The notes under the pieces: model-generated
What the model was told of the DNA's origin: nothing
The model's input: only the letters and a program-made list of their open reading frames with translations
Database searches by the model: none
In this document: piece by piece, positions 55,926 to 64,000 of the stretch
Position numbering within the stretch: position 1 is the stretch's first letter
Layout: each line of letters begins with the position of its first letter
Made by a program: the position numbers and the translations under genes
NCBI GenBank assembly: GCA_041664585.1
Contig: JBAYKL010000002.1
Span: 13,494-77,493 of the forward strand
Reading direction: 5' to 3'
Length of the DNA: 64,000 nt
Origin: Minisyncoccota bacterium
Lineage (GTDB): Bacteria; Patescibacteriota; Minisyncoccia; Phycocordibacterales; GWA1-40-21

Positions 55926-57743
55926 TCACGCCATGATTACCTGGTTGTGAACCAAGCGCTGATAGTACTCATTCGTCTGCAAAAGGCTCTCGTGAGAACC
56001 CTCGCCTACGATCTTTCCTTCGTCAAACACGAATATCTTATCCGCATCACGAACCGTTGCCAATCTGTGAGCAATAATAATCGTCGTCTTCCCGACAGAC
56101 GCTTCTCGGATACTTTCTCGAATCTGTGCCTCATTCTCCGTATCGAGACTTGATGTCGCCTCGTCGAATATGAGAATATGCGGATTCTTAATAAGTGCCC
56201 GAGCGATACCTACTCTTTGACGTTGACCGCCAGAAAGTTTAATACCGCGCTCACCGATAATCGTATCCCAACCCTTTTCAAGTTTGCCAAAAAATTCAGA
56301 CACACGAGAAAGTTTTGCAACACGATTCAGTTCTTCTTCTGTGACTTTTTCAGCAAGACCATTCATACCGAACGTCACATTGTAACGCATTGTGCCATCA
56401 AACATCGACACTTCTTGCGGAACAAGACCTACATTTCTACGGAGCTCCCTATAATCGAGCATGCGGAGATCAACACCGTCCACAAGTATCTGACCTTCTT
56501 GAGGGTCAAACGCTCGCAGAATAAGTCCAACCAATGTCGACTTCCCCGCACCAGATTTACCAACAAATGCATAACGTTTTCCTCCATCTAGTACAAAGGA
56601 TACGTCTTTAAGTGCCGGTATTTCTGGCGATGCTTCTTTACCATCATGTCCTTCGTCTGCATCGTCATTCAGAGTGCTTCCTTTTGTTCTTGGACTGTAC
56701 GTGAAGCTAACTCCCATAAACTCAATTCTTCCTTTTAGATAGCTAATTGAGATGGGTTTTTTCGGCATCACGATGTCTGGCTCATAATCCAAAAACTCGA
56801 AATATTTATTGAGCGGCGCCAAACTTTTTGCCAAATTTCTCTGAATACGCCCAATGTTTGAGAGTGTACCCAAGGAAGAACTGACCCACATGTAGGCAGT
56901 AACAAACATCCCCGACGCGATCTTGCCCTTGTAAGCCAAGTATCCACAGAGAAGAACAGCTACTGTTTGCGAAAGCCATATCAATAACAGTCCGCTATGA
57001 ATCCAGCCAATGTAAGACAACCATACCGGCTTGCCTTTAAACGCCTGCGATGCATTTTCTTCGTCGCACTCTTCCCTAACCCTTTCTTCTTGAGCGTTAA
57101 CGTACACGACGTCGGCGTTCTCGATGAATTCACCCTGCTTCTTTGATACTACGTTCGACGCAGTATCTAGTTCACGTAATTTCGGAACGAATTTTGTATT
57201 GTATTTGATGGTGTATATACTGAATAGCACCACTGTAACCAAAACACAAATTCCGACAAGTGGAACCTTCACCATTAGAAAACCCAATGGCATGAGTATC
57301 ATGAGAATAGTTGGAATGAAATCATAAACTGCCATGCTCACGATTCCATGTACCGAAGATTCCCCTTTGCTCATTACACTCCTCTTAATGATAGAGTGCC
57401 CGACATGATGCTGGCCCATGGAAATACTAAAAAACTTTTCCATGGATATTTTCGACAAGAACCGAGTCAAATCATAGTCCAGGTTTTTAATCTCAATGCG
57501 ATCACGGAGATAAAAAGTCCCCCCGCGTAAACACATGAGAAATGCCCAGATAGATATTGCCACGATAAATGACTTCACGTCACTTTTCGTAACCGCTGTC
57601 ACCATTGATCCAAAGATTATTGGAAACACGGTGTTAAACAACTGCTGAACAAGCAGGAATCCAAGTATACCCACAAAATATTTATGATAAGGGGCACACA
57701 GAATCCATGCTCTCTTGAGAGTCTGTATCTTTTTCATTGTCAA
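55926..57743 (-). CDS. ABC transporter, fused permease/ATPase (type I exporter)
   Basis: 6 TM N-terminal domain; Walker A GKSGAGKST, signature LSGGQRQR, Walker B ILIFDEATSSLD; GC-elevated. Confidence 0.85.
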   Translation of the reverse strand: MTMKKIQTLKRAWILCAPYHKYFVGILGFLLVQQLFNTVFPIIFGSMVTAVTKSDVKSFIVAISIWAFLMCLRGGTFYLRDRIEIKNLDYDLTRFLSKISMEKFFSISMGQHHVGHSIIKRSVMSKGESSVHGIVSMAVYDFIPTILMILMPLGFLMVKVPLVGICVLVTVVLFSIYTIKYNTKFVPKLRELDTASNVVSKKQGEFIENADVVYVNAQEERVREECDEENASQAFKGKPVWLSYIGWIHSGLLLIWLSQTVAVLLCGYLAYKGKIASGMFVTAYMWVSSSLGTLSNIGRIQRNLAKSLAPLNKYFEFLDYEPDIVMPKKPISISYLKGRIEFMGVSFTYSPRTKGSTLNDDADEGHDGKEASPEIPALKDVSFVLDGGKRYAFVGKSGAGKSTLVGLILRAFDPQEGQILVDGVDLRMLDYRELRRNVGLVPQEVSMFDGTMRYNVTFGMNGLAEKVTEEELNRVAKLSRVSEFFGKLEKGWDTIIGERGIKLSGGQRQRVGIARALIKNPHILIFDEATSSLDTENEAQIRESIREASVGKTTIIIAHRLATVRDADKIFVFDEGKIVGEGSHESLLQTNEYYQRLVHNQVIMA

Positions 57744-58029
57744 CGACCTTTCTTTTAAAGAAATTTACACGCAAACACACTAACCTAAATCTGTTATAAT
57801 TGTATCATATTATAGTAGATTTGTAAAGGGTATTTTATACAGATTATTAGCCATAAAACAACATTTTGTTTTTGTTGACTTGTGGATTTCATGGCTCTTT
57901 TGGCAAACGGCTTATTTTATCACCCAATGCAGGTGAAGCAATTTGACAAATCTAATTGTAAATGCTATACTAGTAGTAGTTACAGTCCTTTCAAAATCTA
58001 GTAAATCATTTTAAAAAGAGGAGGTTAGT

Positions 58030-58947
58030 ATGGGAGAAGACAGATTTAAGCAATCGAAGATTTTCAGATGGGTATTACTACTCATCAAATCAGCCAAATT
58101 GGTTAAGTTACTAAAGTTCGTCAAGTTGCTGAAATTTAGCAAGCTGATGCTAACTTTTGGAACAATGGCCGTTTCTGCTTTCGTTTATTCATTTTTGGCT
58201 GGTCCATGGTTTGCAATCGGTTTCGTTCTCTTGCTTTTTGTTCATGAGATGGGCCATGTAATTGCCATGAGGATAAAAGGACTGCCAACAAAAGCGCCGG
58301 TATTTATTCCTATGTTGGGAGCGGTAATTTTTGCCCCACCCTTCAATGGAAGAGAAACTGAAGCGTTCGTAGGTTTTGGAGGTCCCCTAGCTGGAACCCT
58401 AGGATCTGTTGCGGTCTTTGCGCTTTGGTTAATTTTACCAGAGCACCCACAAGTATTGTTGGCGATTAGTTTTGTTTCTTTATACTTGAATATATTTAAC
58501 CTCATCCCCATTCGTCCATTGGATGGAGGTAGAGTAACTCAGGCCGTCGGGGTCTGGCTCAAGTATTTGGGGGCAGGAATACTCATCATCATACCAATAG
58601 TCAGCAAAGACGCTGGCATGCTGTTGTTGTGGATATTGATCCTCGGAGAAATTAGGATGACCTGCAAAAGTAGGGTCCGGCTTGGCATAACCTGTGAACT
58701 TATAATGATCACCCTAATCGTATTAGGTTGTGGTGAACCTCACAAGCTGTCAAATATAATCGACATCACTGTGGCAAGCATGATAAATTTTAACTACGTC
58801 GTTGCAGAGGATGGAGATGAACCAAAAAATAACTTGCCGCAACTGAGCAAACTGGCACGTCTAAAATGGTTATCGTTGTATCTTGGGTTAGGGATATTCA
58901 TTTTATGTATGATGGCCATTGAATCACCGTTCATGATTACTAAATAA
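58030..58947 (+). CDS. site-2 protease family (M50) zinc metalloprotease
   Basis: HEMGH in a TM helix plus the NLIPIRPLDGG motif; TTGACA-17-TATACT promoter and strong GGAGG RBS. Confidence 0.75.
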   Translation: MGEDRFKQSKIFRWVLLLIKSAKLVKLLKFVKLLKFSKLMLTFGTMAVSAFVYSFLAGPWFAIGFVLLLFVHEMGHVIAMRIKGLPTKAPVFIPMLGAVIFAPPFNGRETEAFVGFGGPLAGTLGSVAVFALWLILPEHPQVLLAISFVSLYLNIFNLIPIRPLDGGRVTQAVGVWLKYLGAGILIIIPIVSKDAGMLLLWILILGEIRMTCKSRVRLGITCELIMITLIVLGCGEPHKLSNIIDITVASMINFNYVVAEDGDEPKNNLPQLSKLARLKWLSLYLGLGIFILCMMAIESPFMITK

Positions 58948-58955
58948 ACGAAACA

Positions 58956-58997
58956 ATGTCACCCAAAAGTCACTCGAGCTTTCGGGTGACTTTTTTA
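58956..58997 (+). terminator. intrinsic terminator
   Basis: gtcaccc...gggtgac plus T6. Confidence 0.6.
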
Positions 58998-59034
58998 TAA
59001 TCATCTCACGTAAATTATCTCGAATTCGGAGTCG

Positions 59035-59070
59035 TATATACTTTCTATATATCTTTGATATAATTTTTGT
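59035..59070 (+). promoter_or_regulatory. conserved extended -10 promoter module with palindrome (copy 3)
   Basis: tatatactttctatatatctttgaTATAATttttgt; ATG 7 nt downstream. Confidence 0.55.
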
Positions 59071-59235
59071 ATGAATAGAAAGAAGATAATATATTCTATT
59101 ATTGAAATATTGTTGGGAGCAGCTATGTTTGTATACGGTGCGATTGATGATAGTCCAGGAGGGCAACTACTTGGACTCGTGGCAGTAATTATTGGTATTT
59201 TTAATATCATAAAAAATAGAACAAAGATTTATTAA
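59071..59235 (+). CDS. leaderless 54-aa membrane peptide
   Basis: MNRKKIIYSIIEILLGAAMFVYG...; 2 TM; not in the ORF track. Confidence 0.4.
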   Translation: MNRKKIIYSIIEILLGAAMFVYGAIDDSPGGQLLGLVAVIIGIFNIIKNRTKIY

Positions 59236-59255
59236 TATAGTAATATAATAAGTAC

Positions 59256-59465
59256 ATGCAAAAAGTAGCCACACAAATTTTTATATACGCATCTATCGCC
59301 TTTGGGATTATTGGTATCTGTGTTGTCCTAACCTCTTCAGGACCAGATAAAAAAGATTCACCTATAAGTGAAATATTTATTAAACTTTTATTCACAACAG
59401 TATTTATTATACTACCCTCTTTTGCATTAAGTGTTGCTGGTAAATATTTAAATCCCAAATCTTAA
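59256..59465 (+). CDS. small 2-TM membrane protein (leaderless-type start)
   Basis: TATAAT 6 nt upstream of the ATG; 69 aa, hydrophobic. Confidence 0.4.
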   Translation: MQKVATQIFIYASIAFGIIGICVVLTSSGPDKKDSPISEIFIKLLFTTVFIILPSFALSVAGKYLNPKS

Positions 59466-59467
59466 GC

Positions 59468-60727
59468 TTAGTATCTGCTATTCGGACAACCACCACAAGA
59501 AGAAGCTGGTTTTATAATATAAATCTCATCATTAGTCCTTACATTAGTTTTTACACCTATAGCTATTTTTTCTCCCCTTTCCGCCTCTACTATTGTTTTA
59601 TGATCTTTCTCCATAGAAGTGATCTTTTCTTCTACACTTCCAGTGGTTGGGCCTTGAAAAATAACTGAATCCCCTATTTTCAATTTTGTATTTCCTTGAA
59701 GCAATACTTCTGCTACACCAATCTTTTTATAGTATTTAACAACCTTACCAATATACTCTTTCTTTTGTGTAGCTTGACTACCACCACATCCAGACCATTC
59801 GTTTATGGGTTTACCCAAAAAGAATCCGCTACTTTCACCACGATGATATACGGTGTCTAACTTTTCAGACAAAACAGATTTCAATGTTTCAAACTCTTCT
59901 TTGAATTTTTTATCATGCTTTTTGTGATCAAAATAGAAGTCGATTGCTGTTCTATATGCTTTTGTAACAGTCGCTACATATTCTGGGCTTCTATTTCTTC
60001 CTTCAATCTTGAAACACTCCACTCCAAGATCTAATATCTTTTCTAAGAAATCCATAGTGCATAAATCTTTTGGACTTAATACGTAGTCTTCACCAAGCTC
60101 AAGCTCTTGTCCACCGTCTATTTGTTTAATCAAATACTTTCTTCTGCATGGTTGTAGACATTCACCACGATTTGCTGATTTACCATATAAAAATTGAGAC
60201 ATAAAACATCTGCCGGAAACGGACACACACATAGCACCATGTATAAAAATCTCTATTTCAGCTCTTGTTTGTTTTTTAATCTTTTTGATTTGTTCAAGTG
60301 AACATTCACGAGCTAGTACCACTCTTGTAGCACCAAGCTTCCTGTAAAATTCTGCTGTCTCAGAATTTGAAATACTTGCTTGTGTGCTTATGTGTACTTC
60401 AATCCCCAATTTTTTTGCAATTTGTATAATCGCAAAATCCCAACAAATAATTGCATCTACTTTTGCTGCTTTTACCTTCTTCAAAACCTGTTCTACTTTT
60501 TTTATTTCTTCTTCATAAATAATGATGTTTATAGCAAGATATGTTTTTACATTATTTTTATGTGCGATCTTTGTGATCTTTGGTAGATCTTTTATAGTAA
60601 AATTCTTGGCACCAGCGCGCATATTAAAGCCCTTAATACCAAAAAACACCGCATCAGCACCATTTTTAATGGCTGCTGTTAATGATGTATAGTCTTGTAT
60701 TGGGGAAAGTAATTCTGGTTTCTTCAT
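59468..60727 (-). CDS. peptidase U32 family protein
   Basis: U32 core (GADAVFFG...EIFIHGAMCVSVSGRCFMS...GECLQPCRR) and C-terminal beta domain; start likely at the internal MKKPELL. Confidence 0.75.
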   Translation of the reverse strand: MKKPELLSPIQDYTSLTAAIKNGADAVFFGIKGFNMRAGAKNFTIKDLPKITKIAHKNNVKTYLAINIIIYEEEIKKVEQVLKKVKAAKVDAIICWDFAIIQIAKKLGIEVHISTQASISNSETAEFYRKLGATRVVLARECSLEQIKKIKKQTRAEIEIFIHGAMCVSVSGRCFMSQFLYGKSANRGECLQPCRRKYLIKQIDGGQELELGEDYVLSPKDLCTMDFLEKILDLGVECFKIEGRNRSPEYVATVTKAYRTAIDFYFDHKKHDKKFKEEFETLKSVLSEKLDTVYHRGESSGFFLGKPINEWSGCGGSQATQKKEYIGKVVKYYKKIGVAEVLLQGNTKLKIGDSVIFQGPTTGSVEEKITSMEKDHKTIVEAERGEKIAIGVKTNVRTNDEIYIIKPASSCGGCPNSRY

Positions 60728-60808
60728 ATGTACATTTTTACCATTATTTTGATATAAATAAAAGACCAGCATATCTATTTATAAAAATATGATAAAATAC
60801 TAAAATAT

Positions 60809-62416
60809 ATGTTTAAAAAAATTGTCCAAAGTATTGAAGGTCAAAATATTTCCATAGGTCAGTGGCTAATTGCTTTTGCAGGAATTGTTTTTATCCGTTT
60901 TATATTAGAAGTCATTTCAAGTCCTACGCAGTCAGGAATCATACCAGTAGATGCTCCAACGCTCATACAATATGGATTATCCTTTATAGCAATCACCCTC
61001 GGATTAGTTTGCATAGTGTGGTGTTTTACAAAAGGATCAACAAATCTCCTAAAATTAATATTATTCTGTTTGCCTGTTATATGGATAGGACCAATTTTAG
61101 ATATTATATTCAGTGCTGGTATAGGTCACACAATAACGTATATCTTTCATGGACCTAAATTACTACCCGTTGATTTTCTAACGTTTTTTGGACCACAAGT
61201 AACAATAGGACTTAGACTGGAACTTTTTATTATCTTACTTTCAGTCGGTTTATATGTTTGGAAGGTAAAAAAGAGTATTACAAAAACAACTCTATCTGTT
61301 TTGTTTTCTTATATATTTTTATTCTCCATCTTCGCTCTACCTTCAATAATTTATTTACTAGGCAACATTTCCGATATTGGTAATCAAGCTAGTACTTATA
61401 ATGTTTTACATTTTTTGATAAAAAATATATCTGAATCAAATATCTCTCATAATACTATAGACGCAACACTAACCTATTCTTCAAATAATAGAGCCTTCGA
61501 ACTTGGATTTGATAAGCTGCTTTCCCAAATATCTTTTCTTTTGTCTTTTGTATTCATGTTGTTTATTTTCTACAAAACACAAAAAGAAAAGTTTATAACG
61601 ATAATAAAAAATTCAAGACCAGAAAGAGTGCTTTTTTATACAACATTACTAGGATTGGGTTCTGTATACGCCGTTAAATTAAATCTAGGCCAAACAAACA
61701 ATTGGATTGATTTAATGAGTATAATTACTTTAATTATATCTTGGTATGGAGCGTGGATGTTTGCCGTACACATAAACGATATCGCGGATGAACAAATTGA
61801 CCTTGTTTCTAACCCAAATCGCCCAATCACGAATAACAAAGTTTCTGTTACAGAAATGAGAGAGACCGGTTACATCTGGTTACTCCTATCACTTCTTGGT
61901 GCATTTTCGGTAGGTTATTATCCATTCTTTATGATTTTAACCTTTACGGCCGCCTACTATATATACTCTTATCCCCCACTACGCCTAAAAAGAATACCCT
62001 TACTATCATCTTTTTTAATTAGCATCGCCTGCCTCTCTACTATAATGGCTGGTTTTTATTTCGTATCCGCAACAAAAACCCTCAGTAGTTTCCCGGGGTT
62101 TTTAGCCATAGGGATTATAGTAATATTTACTTTAGCAACAAACATCCGCGATATTAAAGATATCGAGGGAGACAAAAAAGACGGAATCTTAACTATACCA
62201 GTGATATTTAATAATAAAGGAAAAAAAATAGTTGCCTTAATGTTTTCTACTAGCTTTATTTTGGTACCAATTTTTTTTTCTTCATATTTATTATATATAT
62301 CCGCAATACCTGCAAGCATAATTGGCTACAAAATAGTTACAAGGAAGGTTTATAAAGAAAACTTGGTCTTTTGTCTTTATTTTGTCTTTTTCCTTTCTTT
62401 ATTAGTCTTAATCTAA
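60809..62416 (+). CDS. UbiA-family prenyltransferase with extra N-terminal membrane domain
   Basis: C-terminal half carries NDIADEQID and DIKDIEGD Asp-rich motifs of UbiA enzymes; the N-terminal 260 aa form an extra polytopic region. Confidence 0.55.
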   Translation: MFKKIVQSIEGQNISIGQWLIAFAGIVFIRFILEVISSPTQSGIIPVDAPTLIQYGLSFIAITLGLVCIVWCFTKGSTNLLKLILFCLPVIWIGPILDIIFSAGIGHTITYIFHGPKLLPVDFLTFFGPQVTIGLRLELFIILLSVGLYVWKVKKSITKTTLSVLFSYIFLFSIFALPSIIYLLGNISDIGNQASTYNVLHFLIKNISESNISHNTIDATLTYSSNNRAFELGFDKLLSQISFLLSFVFMLFIFYKTQKEKFITIIKNSRPERVLFYTTLLGLGSVYAVKLNLGQTNNWIDLMSIITLIISWYGAWMFAVHINDIADEQIDLVSNPNRPITNNKVSVTEMRETGYIWLLLSLLGAFSVGYYPFFMILTFTAAYYIYSYPPLRLKRIPLLSSFLISIACLSTIMAGFYFVSATKTLSSFPGFLAIGIIVIFTLATNIRDIKDIEGDKKDGILTIPVIFNNKGKKIVALMFSTSFILVPIFFSSYLLYISAIPASIIGYKIVTRKVYKENLVFCLYFVFFLSLLVLI

Positions 62417-62529
62417 ATGAGAGCATCTGCTATGGTTATATTATTAAACTATGCTATACTACTGTGCAGTGTTAAGACACAGGAACAAAGTCGAAGTTTC
62501 AAGCAAAATAATTTAAAAATCTCAATATC

Positions 62530-62727
62530 ATGACAGGAACAATAAAAACTCTTACAGAAAAAGGATTTGGATTCATCTCTCGCGAAGGCGAAGCGAAGGA
62601 TCTCTTCTTCCATTCTTCAGAGTTAGTTGGCGTTGCTTACAATGAACTTAGAGTTGGTGACACAGTCACTTTCGAAGTTACAGAAAGCGAAAAGGGTCCA
62701 GCTGCTACACAAGTAGCAAGAGCATAG
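62530..62727 (+). CDS. cspA: cold-shock protein
   Basis: GTIKTLTEKGFGFI and DLFFHSS motifs. Confidence 0.9.
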   Translation: MTGTIKTLTEKGFGFISREGEAKDLFFHSSELVGVAYNELRVGDTVTFEVTESEKGPAATQVARA

Positions 62728-62736
62728 TCTCTTAAA

Positions 62737-62780
62737 AAATACCTCTGATTGTCAATTCGACAATCAGAGGTATTTTTATT
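62737..62780 (+). terminator. intrinsic terminator
   Basis: aaaaaatacctctgattgtc...gacaatcagaggtattttt. Confidence 0.7.
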
Positions 62781-62903
62781 TCCAAAATTTAAGTAACGTT
62801 ATTGACAAAACTACAAAAAATGTTTACTCTATTTAAGAATAGATCTTTAGCCATTTTCTGAAATACATGGGGTATTAAGATAAAATGGTTAGGAAAGGAA
62901 AAA

Positions 62904-63161
62904 GTGAGTATTAGTAAAGACGAAGTCATTCTCAAAGGTAAAGAAATCCTCGAGGGAGTCAAAAGGCTGGCAAAAGAAGGAAATCTACGAAAAATCGTCG
63001 TCAAAGACAAAAACGGCAAGGTCGTAGCAACATTCCCTCTTTATGCCGGCGCTGCTGGAGCTATCTTTGCTCCCGCATTGGCAGCCATTGGCGCCTTAAT
63101 CGCAATCACCAATGATTGCACGGTCTCCGTCATCAAAAAAAGGGGTCAAGGGCGTCAATAA
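62904..63161 (+). CDS. small hypothetical protein with Ala/Gly-rich hydrophobic segment
   Basis: 85 aa; YAGAAGAIFAPALAAIGALIAI. Confidence 0.4.
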   Translation: MSISKDEVILKGKEILEGVKRLAKEGNLRKIVVKDKNGKVVATFPLYAGAAGAIFAPALAAIGALIAITNDCTVSVIKKRGQGRQ

Positions 63162-63400
63162 ACGTTCCCAAACTTCACAAAGTGCCTGATGCTTTCTCAA
63201 AGCCATCAGGCATTTTTTATATCTAGCCCCTTATTGACAAATTTTAATATTTATGTATTATCTATTCTGGTGCTCTTTGAAAATATCACGTTAATTTTAG
63301 AAAATTTAGAAAAGGAGGTGTGCTTTTTAGTACATTGGAATCGGGTGGTGGTTAGGGTTAAGGATTGAACAAACAAAAACAAACTGCAAAAGGAGCAGGA

Positions 63401-64000
63401 ATGAAGAATACAAAAGTTATATGTTTAATTACGTTGGCTAGCCTTTTGGCTCTGCCAATCATGGCCATACAGTACGTTTCATCATCGCCTCTTATCGAGG
63501 TGGTAAAGACCCAGGTGGGTCCAGTCCAAGAAGGTGGAGTTCAGGAACTTCCGATTATTACGTGGGGTGGCGATATCGCTACAATCTACGCAAACGGTAA
63601 TGCCTTGAATACTGCCGCCGGGAGCATCTTTGCTCAGGAAGGGTTGAACTTTAAACTCATCCGCCAGGATACGTTTACGACTCAGCTTGACCATTATCTA
63701 TCCGGCAAAACACCATATCTCCGTGGCACATTGGGTATGATCAACATGGCATCCGAGCTTCTCTCACGAGACCCCCGGACGAAACCTGTTGTGGTATACC
63801 AGATGACATGGAGTGCTGGTGGTGACTGTCTCGTTGTAAAAGACGGCATTACTTCAGTAAAGGACCTTAAGGGTAAGACGATCGTTTTGCAGGCTTACGG
63901 CCCGCACGTTGAACTCTTAGCTACGGTCTTAAAAAGTGCTGACCTAACATTCAATGATGTCATAATCCGCTGGGTAAAAGACCTGACTGGTACGGCGGAA
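63401..64000 (+). CDS. ABC-type substrate-binding protein, NMT1/SsuA/TauA-like (5' partial, runs off the window; GC-elevated)
   Basis: TTGACA-16-TATTAT promoter and AGGAG RBS; signal peptide then ITWGGDIATIYANGNA; GC about 50 percent by eye; no stop within the window. Confidence 0.5.
   Translation, partial: MKNTKVICLITLASLLALPIMAIQYVSSSPLIEVVKTQVGPVQEGGVQELPIITWGGDIATIYANGNALNTAAGSIFAQEGLNFKLIRQDTFTTQLDHYLSGKTPYLRGTLGMINMASELLSRDPRTKPVVVYQMTWSAGGDCLVVKDGITSVKDLKGKTIVLQAYGPHVELLATVLKSADLTFNDVIIRWVKDLTGTAE

Noticed and set aside
63482-63694. 70-aa minus-strand ORF at the window end
   Set aside because: It lies antisense within the GC-rich SBP gene, which has a strong promoter, RBS and signal peptide
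1-64000. CRISPR arrays, rRNA genes, transposases and integrases
   Set aside because: No regularly spaced direct repeats, no rRNA-like conserved blocks and no recombinase or transposase motifs were seen in any frame. The tRNA-adjacent islands lack an integrase

Overview
This 64 kb window is an AT-rich (roughly one-third GC by eye) bacterial chromosome segment. Its style is consistent with a reduced-genome, Patescibacteria/CPR-like organism: many short and leaderless genes, weak Shine-Dalgarno sites, and numerous small membrane proteins. The backbone is housekeeping genes: serS, dprA, topA, rel, parB, miaA, rpmG (L33, missing from the ORF track), murJ, gyrA, rpsA, two ABC-F ATPases, an Amidase_3 cell-wall amidase, dgkA, dnaX, dus, def-fmt, hpf, a DUF167 protein, an RRM protein, rnr, a short smc, rnc, a NusB-NUDIX fusion, rpmF, a U32 peptidase, a UbiA-family prenyltransferase and cspA. 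There are four tRNAs: Leu-CAA, Trp-CCA, Gln-TTG and Asn-GTT. Several GC-elevated blocks interrupt this backbone. Both tRNA-Gln and tRNA-Asn are followed directly by a 2-3 kb mini-island of hypothetical genes with defense-like features (HEPN-like Rx4H motifs; a TIR-like N-terminal domain fused to a large unknown domain). Each island ends in a degenerate copy of the tRNA 3' end. Other notable items are a tandem array of five VirB2/TrbC-like pilin-like paralogs with a 54-nt identical segment, a threefold repeated extended -10/palindrome promoter module driving leaderless small ORFs, a duplicated ThyX-like gene, three GC-rich non-coding blocks that look like structured RNAs, and several GC-rich orphan genes. 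No CRISPR array, rRNA, transposase or integrase is visible.
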